DNA from: Paragordius varius
Taxonomy: Eukaryota; Animalia; Nematomorpha
DNA length: 64,000 nucleotides
Assembly: GCA_964247055.1 (NCBI GenBank)
Contig: OZ176053.1
Coordinates: forward strand, 744,001 to 808,000
Direction of reading: 5' to 3'
Shown in pieces: positions 1 to 13,127 of the stretch (position 1 is the first letter of the stretch; the number at the start of each line of letters is the position of its first letter). The translations under genes and the position numbers were made by a program. The notes under the pieces are model-generated. The model was not told where the DNA came from and ran no database searches. It saw only the letters and a list, made by a program, of their open reading frames with translations.

Positions 1-770
1 TGAGTTAAAAATTTCACAAGAGAAATGTTATGTATTATCTGGTAGAGGTTCAAAATTATATTAAAGTATCACAGCAGCCAAGATATATGTTTTCGTATTC
101 GTATGATTTGGAGTCAAATTGAAACTTATTAAGATACGGTAGAAGATTTTAATTTAAATTGTTCTTAAATTTACACATAGTTACCTTTATATTACATTTA
201 AAATACAAACAATAGCCTGGTAAAAATTTTAAGGCTTTCGACTTTGCGGGCTGGGGTTACAGAGATGGAATGAAGTTGTTTAATTTCCAAGAATACTTCC
301 TTTTTATTTTATATTGTTGCGCTAGTTGATATATTTTAGCGAGGTTAGCTCCTATAAATTTTACACACTTCAGTACCAAATATATTACATAATCGTAACA
401 TTTTTCCAAAATGTTGGAAAATAACTGGCTAAAAACACTGTCGGTAAATTGCTATATTTAGTATTTAATCATTTATAATTATATTTAAATTAAACCTCAT
501 TGTATATCGGAATTATTTTTTCAAATCCTTATATACTGACTTATTCCATAACAAGACCACTTATAAGTTTAAATGAATATATATAATATAAAGTCATGGC
601 ATAAAATATTTTTTAGACTGTTTTGAATGTTAGATTTTAGTTTCACTAAAGAATTTTTAGTTTATTTATGCCAGATGGTACTCACACATACATAAGTTCA
701 AAAATAGGGCTAGCAACCTCATTCAGTGACGATACCTGGGATTTGGGAGAATGGTACTTTAATCTTAAAT

Positions 771-2312
771 AAAGATTATTCGTTGTTGTACCTCACATTG
801 TTAGACTCATGCCGAATCGAGATGGGTCCGAAGAAGAAGACGATTATCAACCCTATATTCCGGCATTCTCTTGATTTAGCGTTAAACATGTGTTAACTTT
901 ATCTTTGCAAGGTATGCTGGAAAATAAAATTCCACCGACTATTTATAAGATATGATAATCCTAATCACATTTTATCTACAAGAACGCTTATTGAATGAAA
1001 ATTATGTTTTTACTGGGACTTACGAACATTGTCATTGTAATTCTTTGCCTAAAATGAGATAACTTTATAATAATGGTAATACTATGATAAAAATAAATAT
1101 TCTCAACAAACACGCAAGGGAATGTATTGCATGCCAGTATTGGTTGGACGACCGCATGACGCTGATGTAACGATCTTTCCCGGATAGTCTATAGCTTAGC
1201 GGGATGTGTACCGCTTTGTCTAAGGTGTCACTCTATATGCACTCACTTAGGTTCCCCATTTGTATGCCTTTGCTTTTTAGCATAATGATAGGAGCGCTGT
1301 GGGGCGTGCCGCTGTAGTCGCATAGGAGGAAAGATTGACACAGGCACGGGAAAGTTTCGTTTCGTTGCTACGACCAAGCAGAACGTAGTCCCTTTGGAAC
1401 TTCATGCGTAACTTAGAGATAAGCATTTTTATATTTTACTTTATTTTAAATGTCTTTAGATTTTACACATTTATGTCTTTTAGATTTTACACATTTATTA
1501 TTTTAAAAATAGCCATTAAAAAGTTTGTTAAATTTTAACCATTTGCTACTGTTAGATTTTACAAATTTATTATTTATATAAAAAAAGTCATTAAAAAAAA
1601 TATGTTAAATCATAACCATTTGCTAGTGTTAATTTGCTTGTAAAAATTAAAAAGATTTATAATGCGGAATTTTAGATGTATTATACAAATAACAACTGGA
1701 ATTTATAGATTAAAGATAACAAATGCGGTATCTTAAGAGGACTTTACAAAGGGAAAAAATTGTTTTAATTACGACATTGATCAAAGAAAATTTAATTTAT
1801 TGGTCTATAAATGTTAGATTTACTTAAAAAAGGAGAAAAATTGATTTAAATATCAGACACTTTATGAATACCAACTGGAATTTATAGACTATAAAAAAAC
1901 ATGGATTAAAAACGGAAATACATACCACTAGCAAAAGTTAAATATTGGTTTATAAAATCGTATTAAACAAGATAAATACTGTTACAGTTTAATAAATATG
2001 CATTCGGTTGAATTAAGCTAGAATATCCATACGTTATATTTTAAAGAATATTAGCTATATTAACTATTAGTATAGATGTATAGGATATAATCGATTATAT
2101 TTATTTTACTTTTAAAATGTATTTTCATTTTATTTCATACATATCTTTATATAAACTTATCATTATATCCCTAGAAGTCAACTCGACCCCTGACGCAACT
2201 AGACGGCTGTCACTGAACCACCATTGACTGGTGTTTGGAAGGGCAGCAAGGGACGTCTTTTGTGGACAGTGGCGACGTGGGTCTGCTACACCCTTTTCTT
2301 GATACACCTTGA
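771..2312. mobile_element. 1,542-bp insertion with 16-bp target-site duplication, present only in duplicate copy A
   Basis: TACTTTAATCTTAAAT occurs at 755-770 and 2313-2328. The paralogous site (23205-23220) has it once with no insert. A long TSD suggests non-LTR retrotransposition. No RT ORF was seen. Confidence 0.85.
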
Positions 2313-2955
2313 TACTTTAATCTTAAATGTTTAGGACAATTTTTTAAATGCGCCCGGTCTAATATTTTTCAAATTTTGAATGATATTGGTAATAAACAAA
2401 TAAATGTTGTACGATTTTTTTATTCCGACGCAAATATGTATGGAATTCTATCAATAATAATTGGTAATTTATATAAAATACTCTACTCGCAAAATTATGA
2501 AATGATTTATCGAATAAAAAAGCCTGAAAAAAATCTTTTGAAAAAAATATGTCATACGATCTTTTAAGTAATTTTTCTTTTTGTTCCTTTCAATATTTGG
2601 TGAAAAATTTAAATACGTAAATCCGATTAAAATTGGATCAAAAATTATTTTACATTAAGAATTGAAATTATACGGACAGTGAAAATATATAGACAAATAT
2701 TTTTTCCAAAAGACAACCATTTATATCAATATTTTTTTAAATATAGATGATTGTTTTAAATTGCAATTTATACAATAAAGGGTATATTTCTTGCCCATCA
2801 CTCATGTATTTTACAATTGTTAAATAATTTATAAGGGAAAAATTAAGGTTGAGAAAAGTATGGTTGTCTTTTGAAAAAATATTTGGCATAATATTTTTAC
2901 GTTTTGTCCGTATATCATTTTATCTTTACTGTATTTATTATACATACAATTTTAG

Positions 2956-5900
2956 AACAAAAACCAGATACTTTTGAAACTCATGCTAAACCGGTTTCTT
3001 GGAAATCCGTCCATTATTTTCTGTACTATGCACATGCTTTGACTTCATGGGTTTTATTTAACAATTATGTTTAATTACATTAAAATTGAAATCATAGAGG
3101 CAAAACGTAAAAATAAGCATATTATTAAAAAACCAACCATACTATTTTAAATTGCGTAAAATAAACAATAGAGATGTAAATTGGTAACCACTCAATTATA
3201 TATTACACAATTGTATTATGGTTTAATTGGGAAAAATCAGAGATTAAAAATGGTTGTTTTTAAATAATGTCTTTTGGTTGTATATATTTTAATTGTACTG
3301 TATACCAATTTTAGAAACTGAAATAATATAGACAAAACATAAAAAGAAAAACAACCAACCATATTTTTAAACCTTGATTTATCGTTTGGTGGTGCAAAAT
3401 AAGGAATAGAAATGAAAATCCCATGAATTCATTGCGCATTTGTAATTATAGTTTATGTAGGAAAACTTAGTGTTTAAAAAATAAAAATATTTGCCTTTTA
3501 CTTTTTGTCTACATAATTTTAAAAAAAAATTCAAAATCTAATTTTTATTTTATTAAAAAATGATTTTAGGGCAATCGTATGTGGAGATTTTGTGTGGGGA
3601 TTTTTTTGATTCAACTTTCGCCCAATAATAATTTACGTTTAACGGCTCTGTATGGTTTTCTTTCCAGCCTGGCCATTTTTGTGTTTGGTCCCGCCGTAGG
3701 AAAATGGATCGATAAAAATGCCAGATATAAAGGTAATAAAAAACGTAAATTAAGTAATTTCTTGTGATTAAAAAAATGTTTTATCGGATTGATGTCTTTT
3801 TTAACTTATTTTGGGCAAGTAATATACTTTAAGGAGATTTTATTATATTAAAACTAACATTTATGAAGAATCTCAATTAGTTTCATGATAATTTTATGTG
3901 CTTAAATTTATGCCATAAGTCAAAGACAATCATACTTTTTAGATGGGACGAATGATAAATTAGGTTCATCTGTGTTTTACAAAAATAATTTGTGATTAAA
4001 AAATCTTTTGCTAATAAAAAAATTTATTTAATTCATTGTCCCTGGTATTAATCGAATTTAGACGCTCAAAAGCAATATTAATTAATTATGCAAAATATTT
4101 AGACTTTTTCAATATGTTTATTTATATTTAAATATTGGTTTAAAATAAAATAATATTCCCAACCAAGTTAACACGTATATATTAGTATTGGCCAAAAAAA
4201 ATTTGGTTTTTTTATATTTGCAAAACACACTATCACATACATTTAAGGATAACACGACTTACAAAAGAAAATCGATATTACTAAAATGAAACACCAAAAT
4301 AACATTTTTCTCAATATATTATATATATATATTTATTTAAGAAAAAACTTACGTATATCAAATTTACCTGACCCCAGTTTAATTACTTTTATGATTTTAT
4401 GAAATAAGGAGCATGCAAACACTTAAATTTTCATCGGATATTCATATTAATTTAACAACATAAAAAGTTATAATTACTATGCCTCTCAATATTTTTCAAT
4501 TAAAGGCATTTTTGTACTCAACAAAAAAATATTCTATGGATTAGAGCTTTTATTTTGGTTTATCTGTTTAAAAATTAATTAAAATTTACATTAAATAAAT
4601 TATTGCTTCAAACTAAAATTTATAAAAGTGGTAAATTTTAGCTAATCCCCAAATATACTTTTTACAAAATAAATAATTTTGTTAGAGTTTTGGGCCTAAA
4701 TACTATAATCAACAATTTAGCCCCCATTCGTATTTATTTTTATAAGGCATTTGACACGCTCATTACATTAAAAACTGAAATTATACGGAAAAAACGTAAA
4801 AATAAAGAGACAAATTTTTTTTTAAAAAAACACTGACCATACTTTTAAAAGTATGATTTATTTCAATATAACTCATTTTTTAATTGGCAAAGTGTGAAAT
4901 AAGGATATATATAACTAACACAATCAATTCTATATTTTACAATTTAAAAGCTTATATTAGAAAAAAATTTAAAAAAGTATGGTGGTTGTATTTTAGTAAA
5001 ATATTTCTCATTATACATTAACGTTTTGTACATAGTATAAGTTTAAATTTTACTGTATTTTTCATATCTGTTATACTTTATCGATAAAATATAATCTTCC
5101 ACAAAATTCGACACACTCTATGATTACATATACTGTAAAAATAAAGATTATTAAAACAAAACGTAGAAGCTAAAAAAAATAAAAAATTCAAATTTATTAT
5201 TCTATTCATCCCTTAAATGATTACGATTGTGAAATGTATAATTATGAGTATTACCAAACAACATTTCTTTTCTTTAATTCACCCAAAATGACAATTTTTT
5301 ACATTCAAAAAAGGTCCAAATTAAGAAAAATAATTGTCTCCATGTTCTAACTAACATTTTTATTTCAACATTTAACATAGTCGCAAAAATTGCCCTAATC
5401 ACTCAAAATGGGCTAGTTACCTTGTGTGCCCTGGGATTTCTCGCCTCATTCCTCATTGCATCTTACAACAATAATAATTCCAATTACAATTCCATCCCAA
5501 TCAAGCGACTCCTTTTATGTTTCATAATTTTAACGGCAGTTTTAGCTGATATTGCCGCCATGATTTCCCACATAATCATGGATAAGGATTGGGTTGTGAT
5601 CGTTGCTCAACAACATAAGCTCCAACTTTCAAGTTTGTGATTTTTGCTTCAACAACAGTATTAAAATCAAAAGAAAAATTTATTGTAAAAATGTTTTAAG
5701 TTACATAAGTTCGTTAGGTTTAATAAAGGAATTTAACTGCAATATGATTTTAAAAAAATATAATGTAAGTTTATCAAACAACATTTAATAGTTTCCATCG
5801 TGCTTTTTATAAAATTAAGGAGATTTTTATTCTGAATAATAGATCTCGTTATGAAATATACTTTTAACCTTACAGTAAAAACTGAAAATATACGTACAAA

Positions 5901-8900
5901 ACGTAAAAATATAAAGACAAATATTTTTTTTAAAAGACAACCATACTTTTATCTAGATTTACATCAATATAACTCATTGTTTTAAATAGCAAAGTGTGAA
6001 ATAGCAATATATAATACTAACACATCAATTCTATATTTTACAGTTGTAACTAAAAAGCTTATATGGGAAACTTTAAGGTTTTAAAAAGTATGGTTGTCTT
6101 TTAGATAAAAATATTTGTCTTTTTACGTTTTGTCCGTATAATTTCAATTTTTACTGTAAAAAACGCATAATTTAATAATTTAGGTGATTGAAATGTTCCG
6201 GGAGGTTGAATTGTCTGAAGGTGAAATTGAAATGTTTAAGGGTGAATATGAGCATATAACATATAATTTAAAACCACATAAATAGGTTTAAATGCCCAAC
6301 TCAAGCGTATCGATTTACTGTGTAACATTTTAACGCCTCTCTTTGCTGGGCAAATCTTAGCCCTGACAACTATGCTTACCGGAGTGTGTATAGTAATGGG
6401 TTGGAACATTTGTTCGGGTTTCTTAGAGTTTTGGCTTATTTCTTCCATTTATGCTCGTGTTCCACGCCTGGCTTATAAAACTGATCTCACGTTTGAAGAA
6501 CAACAAACTAAAAATGAAAATGGCGATTTTCAACTCCAAGCATTATTGGATCGATCAAAACAAGCGCTTCATCATCATCATCAAAATATGAATCTCAATA
6601 AAACCAAGGTTAATTTAAATACACCGAATTCACTCGAAAGTGAAAATGTTACGTTAATGGAAAAAGATTCTTTAAAAAGGACTAGAAACAATAATAATCA
6701 ATCTAAACTGGATGAAAATTTACCCCTTAAGAGTGTAAAAAATTTCGATACTCATAATAATGGCGATATCGTCTCAACTAATACAAATATTGTCCAAAAT
6801 ATTTCAAGTCATGAATCAATTCCCTCACTTAATATTTATGATGCAGAAAATGCTGAAACAGCTTATAATTTGGCTAAAAATGGAAATGATAATAAATCTT
6901 GGATGTGGTCAAGCAAATATTTAAACATGACAAAAATGGTTTCAAAGTAAGACTTACTTTTCAAACTTTTATCTTACAGTAAAATTAAGAGATATAAAGC
7001 GTAAATTTAAAATATAAGATTTTGAACTTTTTTATTATTTGCACAGTGTTAGAAAGAAATTTGTAGAATTCACACAGGCATGGAAATTATATATGGGACA
7101 ACGTATTCGATATGCTGGCATATCCTTAGCTTTATTGTACCTTACTGTTTTAGGATTCGATTCCATAACTGTCGGTATGGTTTCTAAAATAAATATTTAA
7201 AAACTCAAAAAAGTACAGTATATAAAATTATACCCACAAACGTTAAACATATGGATAAATATTTTAGAACAACGCTATACTATTTTAAACCTTTGATTAT
7301 TAAATATAATTCCTAGAACTGCAAGGATGAAATAGAGATGTAAATTGATAATAATGCACTTATAATAAAAATTTAATTTTATTTAATTATTTATTTGGTA
7401 GGAAAAACAAGGTACTAAAATGTATGGCTGTTTTTTATAAAAAAATTATGTCTTTTATTTTTTATGTTTTTTCCGTATAATTTCAATTACTCAAACTTAT
7501 AACCTGATTAAAACTCTTTTTTTAATCTCTGTCAGGTTATGCTTATGCCATGGGAATGACTGAGAATATTATAGGAATCATGGTAGCCCTTGGGGCTTTA
7601 TTTGGGATTTTGGGGACATTCGCTTACCCCAAAATCAAGTCGAGATATGGAATTCACAAAGCTGGTGTAATTGCTTTGATTGCACAAGTTTATAGCTATT
7701 ATCATTTGAAAAGGATACGCTTTTCAATTTACCTTCAATTTTTTAGGCTCATAATTTGCGTTATTTTTTTAAATAAATTTGAATTTAGTATGAAAATACT
7801 AGAATCATAAAAAAGTTAATCTATAATATAAAAATGCCCTTCCTTGTTTTAAACATTGAATATCTAAATTTTGATTAAAAGACATTTAAAGAATATTATT
7901 ATAAAAGAAAAACACTTTTATAATTTAAAACAATTTTATATGGAAAAACCACACTTTTATATATATAATTTTCAAATATTTTAGATTACTTGTCTAAGTT
8001 TATGCATTCTCGCTTTTTGGCTACCCGGATCTCATTGGTTTCAAAGCAATGCTACTAAATATTCAAAAGCGGTCATCGATAAAATTAATAATTCTTCCAA
8101 CATTGATAGTGTTTATAATAATGATAGTTGGAACTTTCAAAACCATACTATGGCAAAGACCTTTGAATCAAAAACTAAATTTGAATCTACAAAGATTAAA
8201 ATGATATTATCGGAACACAATAGCCTTGGTTGGCAAGAAAAAATGCGGAAAATTTTTGTACGAAACATGAGCCATATTTGGCTTTTCATATTTGGCATAG
8301 TTCTCTCCAGATTAGGTATTATTTGGGTTATACCTATAAATTTTTTATGTGTTTTTGTAAAAGTTATTAAATATATGGAAAATATATCCAGTTTCAAAAA
8401 AAAATATGTTTTTTAACAAATTTGGCCAAATATCAGAATAATGATTGATGATTTTATATTACATTGATATTGTATGCTCTTTGATTGGCTGGCTATAGTT
8501 TCATTAGGTAAATTAAACACCTTATATATATACGCTCATTTTATAGGCCTTTGGATGGCAGATCTAACCCTGAATCAAATTCTACAGGAATGCGTTGTGG
8601 AAAATCAAAAAGGAATCATTAATGGTATTCAACATTCATTAATCATGATTTTTGAAAACGTAAAATATGCTGCAGTTATAGTATTACCATCTACCAGTAC
8701 TTTTGGTTGGTTAGTTATCCTATCTTTCCTATCCATTTGCACAGCTCTTCTGTGTTTCCTAAAATACGTTTCCCAGGTTAAAAAAAGCAACCTAGTACAA
8801 AAAATACCTTATCAATATAAAGAAAAATCGAAACCATTTGAAGTTATAAGAGAAATTTTATTACTTACGAGGAAAAGAGATAAAGAAACAAAATCAAATA

Positions 8901-9085
8901 CTAACTTTCAATTCTCAAAAACTGGTTCATTATTTTCAAAATCCGAACATTTCAAACAATCCAATCAGTATGTAAAACAACAGACACTTAAATTTAATAA
9001 AATTTTAGAAAAAAAGGATAGTATGACGCAGTCTGTTTATGATCCAATAATGACAATACCATGTAACAACCAAGCCACAAAATGA
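2956..9085 (+). CDS. SLC40A1: Ferroportin (SLC40A1/FPN1 family iron exporter), copy A, intact; start exon not located
   Basis: GT-AG exons in consistent phase: 2956-3050, 3570-3732, 5381-5632, 6286-6946, 7047-7174, 7536-7687, 7985-8315, 8547-9085. Motifs: HALTSWGNRMWRF, IMDKDWVV, LNAQLKRIDLLCNILTP, YLTVLGFDSIT, SRLGLWMADLTLNQILQE, GIINGIQHS. A phase-1 upstream exon is needed; one candidate is ATGCCAGATG at 668-677. Confidence 0.92.
5871..6158. mobile_element. Tc1/mariner-type MITE, family 1 (~290 bp, ~80-bp TIRs, TA TSD)
   Basis: TA|CAGTAAAAACTGAAAATATACGTACAAAACG...CGTTTTGTCCGTATAATTTCAATTTTTACTG|TA. More than 20 copies or relics in the window, e.g. ~2657-2933, ~4765-5058, 26790-27082, 31181-31476, ~32685-32913, ~33333-33506, 34365-34663, 39566-39780, 43758-~44000, ~44448-44720, ~44805-45062, ~47665-47930, 54341-54627, 59357-59650, ~60478-60785, 60892-61195. 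Confidence 0.85.
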
Positions 9086-10027
9086 AACATATTAGTCTAA
9101 TCAAAAAATGAAAACTTTTTAAACTTTTTTTTATAATTATTTACACACCTTTTAACTGTGATAAATTTCGTGATCTTTATAATTCTCACACAAAATATAG
9201 AAAGAATAGACAAACAAATATTTTTTCGAAAAAAACAACCATATTTTTTAAATTGTGGTTTTTTTAAAAATATAAAACTCATAGTTTGTAGTGAAATTGC
9301 AATTATTTTATAGTTTATGTGTAGGTAAAATGATGATTTTAAAGATGGTTGTTTTTTATTAAAAAAATATTTGTCTTTTTGGTTTCAACTGCCTAATTTT
9401 ATTTTTTACTGTAACTATTACTACACGCACATGAAAATTGCATTTAATATCATTTAAGTAACTTTCACCCCCGTTAATATGTATATCATTTATTATTTAA
9501 GATTCAATTATTGCTTTATGTGTAAAATATATATCAATTAAAATACAAAAATCACACATTTTTAATACCAATATTCCATGTATAAATGAGAAACACTGTA
9601 TAATCAATCACATCACAATATAATTATAAATGCACATATCGGATATTATTTGAAATGTAATTAAAATTTAAACCAGGATAACCGGACTTATAAAAGAAAA
9701 CGGATTTAGTTATAGTAAAATTTTGAAATTATAAAGGCAAAACATAAAAAAAAATTTATTTTCATAAAGATGATTTTCTAATATTTTTGTCAATATAACG
9801 TATCGTTTCTTGTTGCGATAAGGATAGAAATTAATACACAAAAGATAGTTGCTATAAAACTAATAGTCTTTAACTTTAAATTTTGAAAACTAAGAGATAA
9901 TTTCCGCATTATTCAATTTGACTTATATTTTGCCTTTAATATTTAACATTTACTGTATAACAACCGTTTTTCCAATTGCTTTTAATTTTTTCTTGTAAAT
10001 TGAAGTAAATTTTTCTTGTAAAGAGAT

Positions 10028-10192
10028 TTAGCCTTTGACTGTGATGATGTCCCAAGGTTTGACACCCTTGACCTGATAAGAGGGCACATCATACAGCACA
10101 TCAGTATAAAGTTCTTTAAGCGGGGGTTCAGGATCTGACGTTGCTTTGGCTGTATCGTCCGCTATTTGTTTGCGGACATCTCCATCAATTTT
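10028..10192 (-). pseudogene. Orphan duplicate of the PDHA terminal exon
   Basis: Encodes [31 protein letters not shown]...TVKG* with an intact AG acceptor (10193-10194). Paralog of 30950-31114. No upstream PDHA exons were found in 10250-22450. Confidence 0.8.
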
Positions 10193-11787
10193 CTGAACAG
10201 TTAAAACGGAAAAAAAAGAGTTAACATTTTTGAGAGAAAATTGAAAACATACATTAGTTAAAGGGTTAAAAAGATTCAAAAATATATCATATTATAACAG
10301 TTTTTTTTATATATTTAAAGAAAAAACACTGCATATTGAATTACAAATTTATATTCATGAATATTTTTGCAAACGAGAAAATTAAAGTTTCTGAATATTT
10401 GTATTAAAAAAGAAACCTCAACGCCAATAAAATTATAACTTTGTTAAATAATGCCAAAACTCAAATAATTAAATTCAGTTGTAAAAATAAATTTATAATA
10501 AATTTTTCATCGTCTTTCAGGAGTTTATATAAAATGAATCAAAAAAATACTTTTATAGCATAAGATGTCTCTTGTCATTCTACAACCTTTACATTAATTC
10601 CCATCTCATGAACAATATGGGTGAAATCGAAATCATTGGCAATCGGGTCAAATTTACATGTAAGCCTAAAACGAACTAGTGATATTCAGCTGGATATGAA
10701 GTTGTGCGCTCCATGTGTAAAATTTACTACAAAATTATTTAATGGAAATACAGTATAAGGCACACCGATATAATTTATATTAAGCTATTTCAACGAATTC
10801 TGCTGATTAAATAGGTATAGAGAGCATATAATAAGGAATTTATTTAGTGAATTTAATCAGAAATATTTAAAAAGACAATCTCAAAGATGAGCTTCGGTTT
10901 CATAACTTTCACACTTTGTTTATGTTAACGCTTGAAAACTAAAAATTAATATATAGATGTATTGAGTGATTTGAGCGCCTATTATCGCAATTTTAAATAA
11001 ATTTATATGGGAAAGATGGCTAGAAACATAAATTTGAAGGCTTTAGGCCTTCTTCTCAAATGGCGATCAGGGATGGGAACGTGAATGAAGACTAGCAACC
11101 AGGGATTGCAAGAACGAATGCTGCCCATTACGAGGTAAATGTATTATTTAGGTTGATTGGGACAAACTATCGAAGAAAGTCGTTCTTTGCTGAGCTTTGG
11201 ACAAGATATCGAATGGCGGGGAGTTGGAAGTGGCCTATCCATGGGAGGAAATATGGCCAAAAGACAGGCGGGAAAAGGATTATACGGATCTCGAGGTAAA
11301 TATAATATTTAGGTGTTGATTGGCTTAGTGGGGAGGTGTTTCTTGTGGGGCTTGTGAGCCACGATGGACAGCGAGCCTTGGTCGGGTCCTTACTGCAACA
11401 AGTTACGTGCTAGTTCGGGAGGATTTGGATGGACAACAAACTCTCATTTTAGTTGGCAAACTCTCTTGTGGGAGAACATTTCCTCTTTTGGGGAAAATCG
11501 TTGTTTTCTCCAAACCTGTGATGGAGGTTTTATTTCGCCCATTGGAGAATAAGACCCCTAAGTCCAAGATTTTATTTTGAGCACTCATACTCCCGGACGC
11601 TCAAAATAAAGTTTTGGACTTAGAATATTTTTTAATTTTTTTTCTCGCCCTTTGGGGGGGCGGGGGGGGTGTTATATATATTTATTGATATTTTTTAATT
11701 TTTTTATCAAAAAAACATAACAAAATAATAAATCAATCATTTATTAAATATTATTATATAAATTATTCATTTAAATTTTCATATTCA

Positions 11788-11919
11788 TTCTTGTTTAGTT
11801 GAGTTGGTTTTGTTTCTTGTTTAGTTGAGTTAGTTTTGTTTCTTGTTTAGTTGAGTTAGTTTTGTTTCTTGTTTAGTTGAGTTAGTTTTGTTTCTTCTTT
11901 AGTTGCGTTTTGTTTCTTG
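11788..11919. repeat. 26-bp tandem repeat, ~5 copies
   Basis: Unit TTCTTGTTTAGTTGAGTTAGTTTTGT repeated head-to-tail with no spacers. Confidence 0.95.
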
Positions 11920-12231
11920 TCTTCTAATTCTCAGTTTTGTTTTCTAAAAATTAAAAAATATTATGGTAATAAAATTAGCATAATCTACTAATTTAAAACA
12001 CAAAATTAGGATTATTTAAACCTTATAAAAATAATAAAACTCCTTCATTTCTAAAAACCAAAATCATTTCAATCAACACCGTTGTAAAAAAAAGATACGA
12101 TTCGAGTATTGGGTTGACAAATAAAATTCAGATAATTTTAATTTATTTTGCTAAAATGGTATAAAATTATAAACAAAAAATACAGAATTAGAAAAAATTT
12201 AAACAGAAAGGTTAAAGGATAAAATTAAAAA

Positions 12232-12320
12232 GAAATGCGTGGGCCTCAGTCCTGCGGACTTCTTTAAGAAAATTAACCAACTACAATCCCTCACCCTAAC
12301 CCTAGCCCACAAACTCGAAA
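12232..12320 (+). repeat. Short interspersed repeat with telomere-like motif, copy 1 (inverted relative to 21298-21409)
   Basis: GAAATGCGTGGG...GTCCTGCGGACTTCTTTAAGAAAAT...CCCTCACCCTAACCCTAGCCCACAAACTCGAAA matches the reverse complement of 21298-21409. Confidence 0.8.
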
Positions 12321-13096
12321 CACTAAAAGTTATTTAACCTTATATTGGCAAAATGGTTATTTCTAATAACCCTAATATTTCATCACCTAAAAGCATATAA
12401 ATAATATCTTTAATATAATTTTAGCCTGGATTTACGTTGAGAAGCACAATCATTTTTTATCCAGAGGCGACAAAATAAGAAATAAACTTATGGATGATGG
12501 AAACAATGATTTTTTTAAAAAAAGAGTGGGTTTTAATTTTAATCAAAATGAAAATACTTCTTACCAAAAGACATATTAATTAAACTCTTTTATAAAGATA
12601 ACAAAAGTCAGTTAAAAAATTACTTTTATCTAATCAACCAGGTAGTATCATTTTTAAAATGATTATTAAAAAATTATTTATTTAAAAGTTCGTAACAACG
12701 GCAATATTAGGGTAAACTATAACAAATTATTTACAGTGGTGGATAATAAGTAAGATAAACCTCATGTTACCAATGTGAGCATATTGTATGAAAAAAAGAA
12801 AATATCGGTGGAAAAAAATATAGTTATTCAAAAATGAATCATGAAATAAACAAAATAAACAGTTATCATCGGCTTTATGAAAATTAGGATAGCGATTGTG
12901 AAAAATTTATTTTATCTGTCCTAAATAAAAACCATAAGGTGTCTTAAAATGATTTGTTTATAATAAGGTCAGTGTAATTTAATGAAAACAACGGTTATTT
13001 ATTAAATTAGAAAATTTATACCACTTCCAGTTAATAGTAAGCCAAATATTCCAGTTTTAGTTCCCACACAGAATGGGTGAGCAAAATTCTTTCCAA

Positions 13097-13127
<31 letters not shown>

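Noticed and set aside
1167-2306. Solo LTR (TGTAAC...GATACA) inside the insertion
   Set aside because: Terminal inverted match is poor and there is no 4-6-bp TSD.
8316-8546. Track ORFs extending ferroportin exons (8150-8416, 8474-9085) and a 39-nt intron at 8508-8546
   Set aside because: Homology (SRLG/LWMADL) supports a single intron 8316-8546; the extensions are intron read-through.
11788-11919. 26-bp repeat array as CRISPR
   Set aside because: No spacers, no cas genes, eukaryotic context.
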